Shown here in pieces: positions 43,239-50,977 of a stretch of 64,000 bases of DNA (positions within the stretch are counted from its first letter, which is position 1; each line of letters opens with the position of its first letter). A model generated the notes under the pieces. That model ran no database searches. It had not been told where the DNA came from and was given only the letters and a program-made list of their open reading frames with translations. A program made the translations under genes and the position numbers. Source of the DNA: Coriobacteriia bacterium (GTDB lineage Bacteria; Actinomycetota; Coriobacteriia; Anaerosomatales; PALSA-660); contig JANYAK010000033.1 in NCBI GenBank assembly GCA_025361335.1, positions 21,246 to 85,245 of the forward strand. Direction: 5' to 3'.

Positions 43239-44044
43239 CGGGTCTGCTCGACTCCCTCCGGAACGAGGTTCTCGCGAAGCACACGCAGCGTCCGTCGAAG
43301 CAGCCGCGAGACCTGCATCTGCGAGATCTGCATCTGTCGCGCGATCTCGGTCTGGGTCAACCCCTGGAAGAACCTCAGGTAGAGGACATGCTGTTCTGCG
43401 GGCGCGAGCTGCTTGAGTGCCGCGGACAGGATTGCCCGGTCCTCGACCACGGACATCAGCGCGTCGTCCTTGCCGATGTACTCGAGGATCGAGAACGACT
43501 CCCCGCCGTCGGTGTTCCGGTCGCTCTCGAGCGACACGAAGTTGTACGCCTCGGACGTCTCGAGGGCCTCGAGCACGTCGTCGGTCGTGACGTCGAGGTA
43601 CTCGGCGACCTCCGGGATCGTCGGAGAGTGCTGGAGCTGCTGAGTGAGGGCGTCGATCGCCTGATTGACCTTGAACGACAGTTCCTGGAGCCGGCGCGGG
43701 ACCTTGATCGCCCACCCCTTGTCGCGGAAGTGCCGCTTGAGCTCCCCGACGATCGTGGGGGTCGCGTACGTCGTGAACTCGACCGCGCGCGCGACGTCGA
43801 ACCGATCGATCGCCTTCATCAGCCCGATGGTCCCCACTTGGATGAGGTCGTCGATGGGCTCACCGCGGTTGCGAAACCGGCTGGCGAGGTATTTCACCAG
43901 GTTCAGGTACATCTCCACGAGCTCGTCGCGGGCGCCCTGGTCGTTGTCCGCGCGATATCGAGCGAACAGCTCGCGTGTCAGCGCCTTGTCCCATACGAGT
44001 TTGCGCGTCGTCTTATGATTGCGGTGCACTGGGGCGCTCGACAC
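43235..44044 (-). CDS. Group 3 sigma-70 factor (SigB/SigF family)
   Basis: 269 aa. Region 2 'DDLIQVGTIGLMKAIDRFD...FTTYATPTIVGELKRHFRD'. Region 3. Region 4 'LTQTEIARQMQISQMQVSRLLRR'. Confidence 0.88.
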   Translation of the reverse strand: MSSAPVHRNHKTTRKLVWDKALTRELFARYRADNDQGARDELVEMYLNLVKYLASRFRNRGEPIDDLIQVGTIGLMKAIDRFDVARAVEFTTYATPTIVGELKRHFRDKGWAIKVPRRLQELSFKVNQAIDALTQQLQHSPTIPEVAEYLDVTTDDVLEALETSEAYNFVSLESDRNTDGGESFSILEYIGKDDALMSVVEDRAILSAALKQLAPAEQHVLYLRFFQGLTQTEIARQMQISQMQVSRLLRRTLRVLRENLVPEGVEQTR

Positions 44045-44047
44045 GTC

Positions 44048-44428
44048 CTACTCCGCCCGCTTGACGAGTCGGACGTAGCCGGCTCCGTCCCGTTCGAACG
44101 CCTCGTACTCGTCGCACACCGCTTCGAGGATGAAGCGAGAGTACCGGTCGTCCGGTCCATCCTCGTCATCCGTCCCGACCGGCAGGAGCAGAGGGCCGAC
44201 CTCCAGCTCCAGCAAGTCGGACGAGAGAAGGAACGAAAACGTGAGATGGTCGCTCGCCGCTCGAGTCGACGCGTACACGAAGGCTTCGTCCACGGCGAGC
44301 CGGACGTCCTCCACGTCGTCGATGGTCATGCCGGTGCGCGAGGCCAACTCCGCGGACGCCAATCGCACGGTACGCGCGTACTCTCCGCGTGCGGGTACCT
44401 TCACTACGACGCTGTCGTTCTCCGTCAT
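44048..44428 (-). CDS. Anti-sigma factor, RsbW/UsfX-like (HATPase_c_2-like)
   Basis: 126 aa. 'VVVKVPARGEYARTVRLASAELASRTGMTIDDVEDVRLAVDEAFVYA' resembles the RsbW/UsfX N-box region. The gene ends 3 nt upstream of the sigma factor gene. Confidence 0.6.
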   Translation of the reverse strand: MTENDSVVVKVPARGEYARTVRLASAELASRTGMTIDDVEDVRLAVDEAFVYASTRAASDHLTFSFLLSSDLLELEVGPLLLPVGTDDEDGPDDRYSRFILEAVCDEYEAFERDGAGYVRLVKRAE

Positions 44429-44492
44429 TTCGCCTCCGTCATCGTGCCCCGCCGCCGCTCACGCGGCCGGATGGGGTGCCAACCGCAGGCCG

Positions 44493-44870
44493 CTACAGGC
44501 GCCTGCCCGTCAGTACCGAGAAGAACCTTCTTGCCCGCTGGCTCAAGCCCGCGACGGCCGCGGCCGGCGCGCCGACGATCTCGGAAGCCGCGCGCGTCGT
44601 CGAGGTCACCTTATCCGAGACCTCCTCGAGCTGGGTCACGAGCCCGTCCACGCGCACCATCTCGACGTTCACCGTGTCGAGCGTCGCGCTGGCCTTGGCG
44701 ATCAGCGGGGGCAAGCCGGCGTCGAGATGCCGGACCAGGCTCCGTGTCGCCTCCGCGGTCCGCACCAGCACGAAGAGAGCCCATATCCCCACGCCGGCGA
44801 GCGCTGTCAGCGTCGCGTACAGGGCTATCAAGAGGCCGGACGTTGCGCCCACGGACATCTCCCCTCGCAT
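44493..44870 (-). CDS. DUF948-like membrane protein
   Basis: This is the last 125 codons of track ORF 44493..45419 (ATG 44870, alternative 44858). It has an N-terminal TM 'LLIALYATLTALAGVGIWALFVLV' followed by a helical region 'TLDTVNVEMVRVDGLVTQLEEVSDKV'. Confidence 0.55.
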   Translation of the reverse strand: MRGEMSVGATSGLLIALYATLTALAGVGIWALFVLVRTAEATRSLVRHLDAGLPPLIAKASATLDTVNVEMVRVDGLVTQLEEVSDKVTSTTRAASEIVGAPAAAVAGLSQRARRFFSVLTGRRL

Positions 44871-44929
44871 CGGCGACAGCGCGTACGAGTGTATCAGACG
44901 CGCACTCGGCAAGAGTCGTCGGCAGCGGG

Positions 44930-46243
44930 TCAGCCGGCACTCCCGCGGCCCGGGTCGCGGCCCTCGCGTTCTCGCTCGCGCTGCGCCTCCCATCCGCGCG
45001 TACCCGCGCGGTACAGCGCGGCCGATTCGAGCCCGTCGGGAAGGTAGCGCTGCTCGACCCATCCCTCCGGCCGGTCGTGCGGATAGAGGTAGCGACCATA
45101 CGATTCCGACCCGGGCCGATGCCTGTCGCGAAGGTGGTCGGGCACCCTTCGGGCCGGCCCCGTCCGCACCTCCTCCAGTGCGGAGTCGATAGCCAGGTAC
45201 GAGGCGTTGCTCTTCGGGGCGAGCGCCATGTAGATCGCGGCCTGCGCCAGGTTGATGCGGCATTCGGGCCAGCCGATCGACTCGGCGGCCTTGAAGGCCG
45301 CGGCAGCAACAAGGAGAGCCTGGGGATCGGCGTTGCCGATGTCCTCGGACGCGAGGATGAGTATCCTGCGTGCGATGAACCGGGGATCCTCGCCGCCGTG
45401 GACCATCCGGGCAAGCCAATAGACGGTGGCGTCCGGATCGCTCCCGCGCATGGACTTGATGAATGCCGATGCGACGTCGTAGTGGGCGTCGCCATCCTTG
45501 TCGTACGACAGGATGCGCGCCCCTCCGCCCCGCGCAATGGCGGCAAGGTCGATGACCGCGCCCTGCTCAGCCGCACCGGCAGCCTCCTCGAGCATGTTGA
45601 GCGCCACTCGCGCGTCCCCGCCCGCGGACACGACGATCGCGTCTTGCGCCTCGGGAGAAAGAGACCACCGCCCACCGAGGCCGCGCTCTTCGTCGACCAG
45701 TGCCCGCCGGACGATCGTGCCGACGTCCTGGTCGGAAAGCGGTCGCAGCTCCACGATCCGCGACCTGCTTATGAGCGGCGCGTTCACCTCGAAGAAGGGG
45801 TTCTCCGTCGTGGCGCCGATGAGCACGACCAGGCGGTCCTCCACCGCGTGCAGAAGGGCATCTTGTTGGGACTTGCTGAACCGGTGGATCTCGTCCACGA
45901 ACAAGGTCGTCCGGCTGCCCGAGAACGCAAGGCGGTCCTTCGCCTCGTCGATGGCCCGGCGCAGGTCCGCGACCCCCGAGTTGACCGCGGAGACCTCGCA
46001 GAAGGCCGCCGCGGTGGCGTTCGAGATCACGCGGGCGAGGCTCGTCTTGCCGCACCCGGCGGGGCCGTAGAGGATGAGAGAGGACAACTGGTCGTTCTCG
46101 ATCGCTCGGCGCAGGGCGGTCCCGTGCCCGACTGCGTGGTCCTGCCCGACGAACTCGGCGAGGGCGCGCGGGCGCATCCGCGCGGCCAAGGGGGCCTGCG
46201 CAAGGAGCGCCTCGTCGGCGGCATCTGAGAAGAGATCGGCCAT
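44930..46243 (-). CDS. rarA: Replication-associated recombination protein A (AAA+)
   Basis: 437 aa. Motifs 'PLAARMRPRALAEFVGQDH', Walker A 'LYGPAGCGKTSLA', 'LFVDEIHRF' and MgsA C-terminal 'YWLARMV.GGEDPRFIARR'. Confidence 0.93.
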   Translation of the reverse strand: MADLFSDAADEALLAQAPLAARMRPRALAEFVGQDHAVGHGTALRRAIENDQLSSLILYGPAGCGKTSLARVISNATAAAFCEVSAVNSGVADLRRAIDEAKDRLAFSGSRTTLFVDEIHRFSKSQQDALLHAVEDRLVVLIGATTENPFFEVNAPLISRSRIVELRPLSDQDVGTIVRRALVDEERGLGGRWSLSPEAQDAIVVSAGGDARVALNMLEEAAGAAEQGAVIDLAAIARGGGARILSYDKDGDAHYDVASAFIKSMRGSDPDATVYWLARMVHGGEDPRFIARRILILASEDIGNADPQALLVAAAAFKAAESIGWPECRINLAQAAIYMALAPKSNASYLAIDSALEEVRTGPARRVPDHLRDRHRPGSESYGRYLYPHDRPEGWVEQRYLPDGLESAALYRAGTRGWEAQREREREGRDPGRGSAG

Positions 46244-46260
46244 CCGGGTCCGCGCCGCCG

Positions 46261-46824
46261 CTAGGAAGTGGCGCGCAGCACCTCACGCTCGAGAAGGGTC
46301 CTGTCCGTGAAGCCCAGGAAACGGCCTATGACGCGCCCGTAGCGGTCGACGAAGATCATGTACGGCGCGTTCTTCACGTTGATGGAGCCCGCCAGCGACA
46401 TCGCCTTCTGAAGGTCGGTCGGCTTCGAGGTCTCGACGGAGACCAGCCCCGCGGCGACGTCGTATGAGAGCAGGTCGATGAGTCCGCGGTACTTCTCCAT
46501 GACCGCGTCTATCTCGTTCCACTGATCCGAATTGACCACCTGCGTCGAATCCATGTAGACGATCAGCATGGGCCGCTTGGCGCGCAACTTGACGAGGATC
46601 TCGGCGGGGACCGACTCGACCGAGGTCGGGAACTGCTCGTTGAGAACGATCTGCGAGGGCGACAGAACATCGGAGCTGTTCGATGAAGCGGCCACCGCGG
46701 CCCCGGGCACGGGCACCGGGGCGGTGGTGACAACGGCGCCGTCCGAGGAAGCCCCGCCGCCTCCGCACGCCGTGAGAGCCACCATCACCGCGACGAGCAT
46801 GGTTGCTGCGACTAGTCTGCGCAT
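46261..46824 (-). CDS. Putative lipoprotein, thioredoxin-fold-like but without CxxC
   Basis: This is the last 187 codons of the track ORF (ATG 46824). Signal peptide plus lipobox 'MRRLVAATMLVAVMVALTAC|GGG'. No further Cys in the mature protein. Confidence 0.6.
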   Translation of the reverse strand: MRRLVAATMLVAVMVALTACGGGGASSDGAVVTTAPVPVPGAAVAASSNSSDVLSPSQIVLNEQFPTSVESVPAEILVKLRAKRPMLIVYMDSTQVVNSDQWNEIDAVMEKYRGLIDLLSYDVAAGLVSVETSKPTDLQKAMSLAGSINVKNAPYMIFVDRYGRVIGRFLGFTDRTLLEREVLRATS

Positions 46825-47040
46825 GCCTACGCCTTCCAGCGTGAGTCGACCCACTCGGACCCCGCCCTGTCGCGCCTCCGGATGGTGAACCTGCCTCAGC
46901 AGGTGGGTGTCCGCACCCCGGCCTCGCGCTTCCCCGATCGAGGGGGATCCCACTGAGCCGGGAGGATATAGGACTCCCGATAACGAAGTGTTGGTTCGAC
47001 CGTTGGTACCGGAGTCAACGACAAGGCAGAGCCTGGGCAC

Positions 47041-47069
47041 ATATTACCGCGCGTCCGATGCAGGCACAA
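47041..47069 (-). promoter_or_regulatory. Candidate sigma-70-type promoter (TTGTGC-17 nt-TAATAT) for the lipoprotein/rarA unit
   Basis: Minus strand reads TTGTGCctgcatcggacgcgcggTAATAT in a locally AT-richer gap after aspS. This implies a ~210-nt leader before ATG 46824. Confidence 0.3.
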
Positions 47070-47086
47070 CGAAACGCGGGTACGCC

Positions 47087-48856
47087 CTAATCGACGCTGA
47101 TCCGCAACTCCCGCAGCTGACGCGCCGAAACGGCTTCCGGGGCGCCGGTGAGGGGGCAGGCCCCCGACGACGTCTTGGGGAAGGCGATCACGTCACGGAT
47201 GGAAGAGGCGCCCGCCAAGACCATGATCAGCCGGTCGAGCCCGAGCGCGATCCCGCCGTGCGGGGGTGCCCCGTGCGCCAAGGCGTCAAGGAGGAACCCG
47301 AACTGGGACCTCGCATCGTCGCCGGATATGCCCAGGATCTCCAGCACGCGCAGCTGCAGCTTGGGATCGTGGATGCGCAGGGTGCCGCCGCCGATCTCGA
47401 GCCCGTTCATGACCAGGTCGTAGGAGTACGACAGGGCGCTGCCCGGGTCGGACTCGAGCGACGCCAGGTGCTCGTCGAACGGGCGCGTGAACGGATGGTG
47501 GCTCGCCGTCCACGAGGTGTCGTCCTTGTCCCACTTGAAAAGGGGGAAGTCCACGACCCATAGCATGGCGAACCCCTCGCGAGGCACGGCCAGCTCGTCG
47601 GCGAGGCGCAGGCGCAGGGTGCCGAGCACTTCGTTGGCGACCGCGCGCGCATCCGCGACCATGCAGACCAAGTCGCCGGCCTCGACCCCCAGAGCCTCGC
47701 GCAGGCCCGCGTTCTCAGCCTCGCTGAAGAACTTGGCGACCGGGCCCTTGACCTCCCCGCCCGAAGTGAACGCCACCCACGCCAGTCCCTTCGCGCCGCT
47801 GTCCAACGCGAGCTGATTGAGGGCGTCCATGCGGCTACGAGGCCAGTCCCCGGCCCCCTTGGCCAGCAGGCCCTTCACGACCCCGCCGGACCCCAACGCC
47901 CCGGAGAACACCTGGAATCCCGAAGCCGCGAACACGGCCGACAGGTCGACGAGCTCCATCCCGAGCCTCGTGTCGGGCCGGTCGGACCCGAAGCGGTCCA
48001 TCGCGTCGGCCCACGTCATCCGGGCCAGCGGCAGGCGCAGCTCGTGGCCGGTCTCCGCCATGACCTCGTGCATGACCTCCTCCATCATCTCCAGGATGTG
48101 CTCCTGCGTGATGAAGGACATCTCGATATCCACTTGGGTGAACTCCGGCTGGCGATCGGCGCGGAGATCCTCGTCGCGGAAGCAGCGCGCCATCTGGTAG
48201 TAGCGCTCCACCCCGGCCACCATCAGCATCTGCTTGAACAACTGGGGCGACTGCGGCAGCGCGTAGAACTCGCCCGGGTTCATCCGTGAGGGCACGAGGA
48301 AGTCGCGGGCGCCTTCGGGCGTGGACTTGGTGAGGATGGGCGTCTCGACCTCGAGGAAGCCCCGGTGCTCCAGGCTCTTGCGGAACCGTTGGGTCACCCG
48401 GTCCCGGAGCGTGAGCGCGGCGAGGACCTCCGGCCGGCGTATATCCACGTAGCGGTAGCGCATGCGGGTGGTCTCGTCGGTCTGGATCCCCGGTTCGATC
48501 TCGAACGGCGGCGTGACCGCTTCGTTGAGCACCGTCGCCTCGTGCACGACGACCTCTATGCCGCCGGTGGGCATCCCGGGATTGACGGTGCCCTCCGGGC
48601 GACGGCGCACCCTTCCAGAGACGGTCACGACCCACTCGGGCCGGACACGCTCCGCCACGACGAACGCGACGCCCGCGGTCTCGGGGTCGAACACGCACTG
48701 CACGAGGCCGGACCGGTCGCGCAGGTCGATGAACACGAGGCCGCCGTGATCGCGACGGGCGTGCACCCATCCCGCGAGCGTGACGGTAGAGCCGACATCC
48801 GCGGCGCCGAGCGCGCCGGCGACGTGGGTCCTGGTGGAGTACCGTGCATCGAGCAT
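47087..48856 (-). CDS. aspS: Aspartate--tRNA ligase
   Basis: 589 aa. Motifs 'GWVHARRDHGGLVFIDLRD', class II motifs 'FRDEDLRADRQPEFTQ' and 'GGGTLRIH' / 'PPHGGIALGLDR'. Confidence 0.96.
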   Translation of the reverse strand: MLDARYSTRTHVAGALGAADVGSTVTLAGWVHARRDHGGLVFIDLRDRSGLVQCVFDPETAGVAFVVAERVRPEWVVTVSGRVRRRPEGTVNPGMPTGGIEVVVHEATVLNEAVTPPFEIEPGIQTDETTRMRYRYVDIRRPEVLAALTLRDRVTQRFRKSLEHRGFLEVETPILTKSTPEGARDFLVPSRMNPGEFYALPQSPQLFKQMLMVAGVERYYQMARCFRDEDLRADRQPEFTQVDIEMSFITQEHILEMMEEVMHEVMAETGHELRLPLARMTWADAMDRFGSDRPDTRLGMELVDLSAVFAASGFQVFSGALGSGGVVKGLLAKGAGDWPRSRMDALNQLALDSGAKGLAWVAFTSGGEVKGPVAKFFSEAENAGLREALGVEAGDLVCMVADARAVANEVLGTLRLRLADELAVPREGFAMLWVVDFPLFKWDKDDTSWTASHHPFTRPFDEHLASLESDPGSALSYSYDLVMNGLEIGGGTLRIHDPKLQLRVLEILGISGDDARSQFGFLLDALAHGAPPHGGIALGLDRLIMVLAGASSIRDVIAFPKTSSGACPLTGAPEAVSARQLRELRISVD

Positions 48857-48886
48857 GGGCGTCTCGCGTCCTTCCTGGACGGGTGG

Positions 48887-50170
48887 CTAGCGGTCGTGCA
48901 GGCGGGAGCCGAGCTCGCGCGCGGCATCGGCGAGCGCCACGCGGGACTCGGTCGCGGAAGCCATATCGCGAACCGTGACCTGGCCGGCGGCCAGCTCGTC
49001 CGGCCCCGCGATCACCACGAATCGCGCGCCGAGCCGATCGGCAAGCTTGAACTGGGCCTTGAGGGAGCGCCCCTGATGATCCATGTCCGCGGCGATCCCG
49101 GCCTCCCGAAGCCTCGTCACCACAGCGAACGCATCGCCCGCGACTTCCGGCGCGACGCGAGCGACGAACACCTCGGCGCTCGGCGGGACGGGGACGTCGA
49201 TCCCGGCAGCCCTCATGGCGAGCAGCGTACGCTCGAATCCGAGCGCGAAGCCGAGGCCCGGAGTCGGCTGGCCGCCGTACATCTCCATGAGCCTGTCGTA
49301 TCGCCCGCCTCCGCCGATGGCGTTCTGGGCGCCGAGCCCCTCGGCCTGGACCTCGAAGACGGTCCGCGTGTAGTAGTCGAGACCACGGACCAGGGAAGTG
49401 TCCTCCTCGTAGATGACTCCGACGTCGTCGAGCAGGGACTTCACGGCGGCGTAGTGCGCGGCGCAATCGTCGCACATCTCGTCGCGCAGCAGTGGAGCTC
49501 GAGACATCACCGAGGCGCATCCCGGGTTCTTGCAGTCGAACGCCCTGAGCGGGTTCGTCTCCGCCCGCCGGACGCACTCCTCGCACAGGTCGGAAGCGTT
49601 CTCACGGATGAACGAGGCGACCTTCTCGCGGTACGCGGGCCGGCAGCGCTCGTCCCCCATGGAGTTGATGAGCAGCCGCATCCTGTCGCGCGGGATGCCC
49701 ACCGCCGCGAAGAACTCCATCAGCGCGACGATGACCTCCGCGTCGATCGTGGGCTCGGCCATGCCGAGAGCCTCCACGCCGATCTGCCAGAACTGGCGCA
49801 TGCGGCCGGCCTGCGGGCGCTCGTAGCGGAACATCGGACCCGAGTAGTAGAGCTTGCAGCCCTGTCCGTTCACCGTGAGCCCGTGCTCAAGGGCCGCGCG
49901 CACGACCGAGGCGGTGCCTTCGGGGCGCAGCGTGATGGAGCGGCCGCCCTTGTCCTCGAAGGTGTACATCTCCTTGCCGACGATGTCGGTCGCTTCCCCT
50001 ATGCCGCGCACGAACACGTCGGTGTGCTCGAAGATGGGCGTGTAGATGGGCTGGTAGCCGTACCGCGAGAAGATCGCCTCAGCGGTGCGCGTCACATGCT
50101 CCCAGGCGCGTGCGACCTCGGGAAGCATGTCGGCGGTGCCCTTCGGTGCGCGTACATTCGACGAGGACAT
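48887..50170 (-). CDS. hisS: Histidine--tRNA ligase
   Basis: 427 aa. Motifs 'PKGTADMLP', '[12 protein letters not shown]', '[16 protein letters not shown]' and 'GGGRYD'. Confidence 0.95.
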   Translation of the reverse strand: MSSSNVRAPKGTADMLPEVARAWEHVTRTAEAIFSRYGYQPIYTPIFEHTDVFVRGIGEATDIVGKEMYTFEDKGGRSITLRPEGTASVVRAALEHGLTVNGQGCKLYYSGPMFRYERPQAGRMRQFWQIGVEALGMAEPTIDAEVIVALMEFFAAVGIPRDRMRLLINSMGDERCRPAYREKVASFIRENASDLCEECVRRAETNPLRAFDCKNPGCASVMSRAPLLRDEMCDDCAAHYAAVKSLLDDVGVIYEEDTSLVRGLDYYTRTVFEVQAEGLGAQNAIGGGGRYDRLMEMYGGQPTPGLGFALGFERTLLAMRAAGIDVPVPPSAEVFVARVAPEVAGDAFAVVTRLREAGIAADMDHQGRSLKAQFKLADRLGARFVVIAGPDELAAGQVTVRDMASATESRVALADAARELGSRLHDR

Positions 50171-50287
50171 GAGGGTTCCAGGGCCTTTCGGGAGCGGCTC
50201 GGCTGCAGTAAGTGAGTGTAGGGCAAGCGGCGGGGCCGCGTCACTCGCGTCCGGCGCGTGAGCGCGTGAGCGCGTGCACAGGAGCCT

Positions 50288-50351
50288 ATCTTCCCGCGCG
50301 AGGCCAGAACGGGTTCAGGCTCTTCCCTCGCGAGGCCAGAACGGGTTCAGG
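50288..50351. repeat. 32-bp tandem duplication (2 copies, 2 mismatches) spanning the stop codon of the MBL-fold gene
   Basis: Copy A 50288..50319 is atcttcccgcgcgaggccagaacgggttcagg. Copy B 50320..50351 is ctcttccctcgcgaggccagaacgggttcagg. Confidence 0.85.
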
Positions 50352-50977
50352 CGCGCCTCGTCGCCGATCGTGGTGTCGGCGCCGTGGCCGGGATGCACCC
50401 GCGTCCGAGGGGGCAGGCCTGCCAGCGCGTCGCTTATCGAGCGGGCCAGCGCGCGCGCGTCTCCCCCCGCGAGGTCGGTCCGTCCGACCGAGCGGTAGAA
50501 CAGAGTATCGCCGCTGAACAGGTGGGGGTCGAGCCCCTGCTCCGCGCGTGCCGGGACGAAGAGGCAGATCCCCCCGGGGGTATGCCCGGGAGTGTGGAGG
50601 ACCTCCAGCCGAAGGCTCCCCGCCTCCACGACGTCGCCGCCGGAGAGCGACCGCGTCACGGGAGGAGCGACGCGGTCGAAGCCGAACTGGCCGCCGCCGT
50701 TGGCCCAGGAGTCCGTGACCGCCGCCGCGTCCATGTGATGCGCCAACAGCGGCGCGCCCGTGGCCTCGATGAGCGCGGCCGCGGCGCCGAGGTGATCGAA
50801 GTGGCTGTGGGTCAGCACGACGACGGTCACATCCCGCCCGCCTATCGAATCGAGCAGGACATCCGCCTCGTCCGCCGGATCGATCACGACGAGAGGTCCT
50901 CCGGCGCCGTCCGACACGAGCCAGCAGTTCGTGTCCAGGGTGCCGAGCACGAGGCGCTCGACCTCCACACCGCTCAC
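50315..50977 (-). CDS. MBL-fold metallo-hydrolase (glyoxalase II-like)
   Basis: 220 aa. Motifs 'VVVLTHSHFDHLG', 'HTPGHTPG' and 'GDTLF'. ATGA overlap with rel. Confidence 0.85.
   Translation of the reverse strand: MSGVEVERLVLGTLDTNCWLVSDGAGGPLVVIDPADEADVLLDSIGGRDVTVVVLTHSHFDHLGAAAALIEATGAPLLAHHMDAAAVTDSWANGGGQFGFDRVAPPVTRSLSGGDVVEAGSLRLEVLHTPGHTPGGICLFVPARAEQGLDPHLFSGDTLFYRSVGRTDLAGGDARALARSISDALAGLPPRTRVHPGHGADTTIGDEARLNPFWPREGRA

Noticed and set aside
43388-46228. 946-aa plus-strand ORF. Similar long antisense ORFs include 53699..56347 (882 aa), 40153..42183 (676 aa), 51325..53214 (629 aa), 48365..50215 (616 aa) and 31361..33040 (559 aa).
   Set aside because: All lie antisense to well-supported minus-strand genes (rarA/sigma, recJ fusion, alaS, rel, hisS/aspS, pilB2). 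They have Arg/Gly/His/Asp-rich low-information composition and no recognisable motifs. This is the expected stop-codon-poor antisense frame in ~70% GC DNA.
46985-47015. tRNA-like 'ggttcgacc' T-loop-like sequence in the aspS-lipoprotein gap.
   Set aside because: The flanking bases do not form the 5-bp T-stem, and no acceptor or anticodon stems can be drawn on either strand.
50171-50314. T-box leader upstream of hisS-aspS, as in Bacillus.
   Set aside because: The gap is only 144 nt. I could not find the conserved T-box sequence (AGGGTGGNACCGCG-like) or a specifier/terminator arrangement. Only a weak GTGACG-18-TACACT promoter-like pair is visible.
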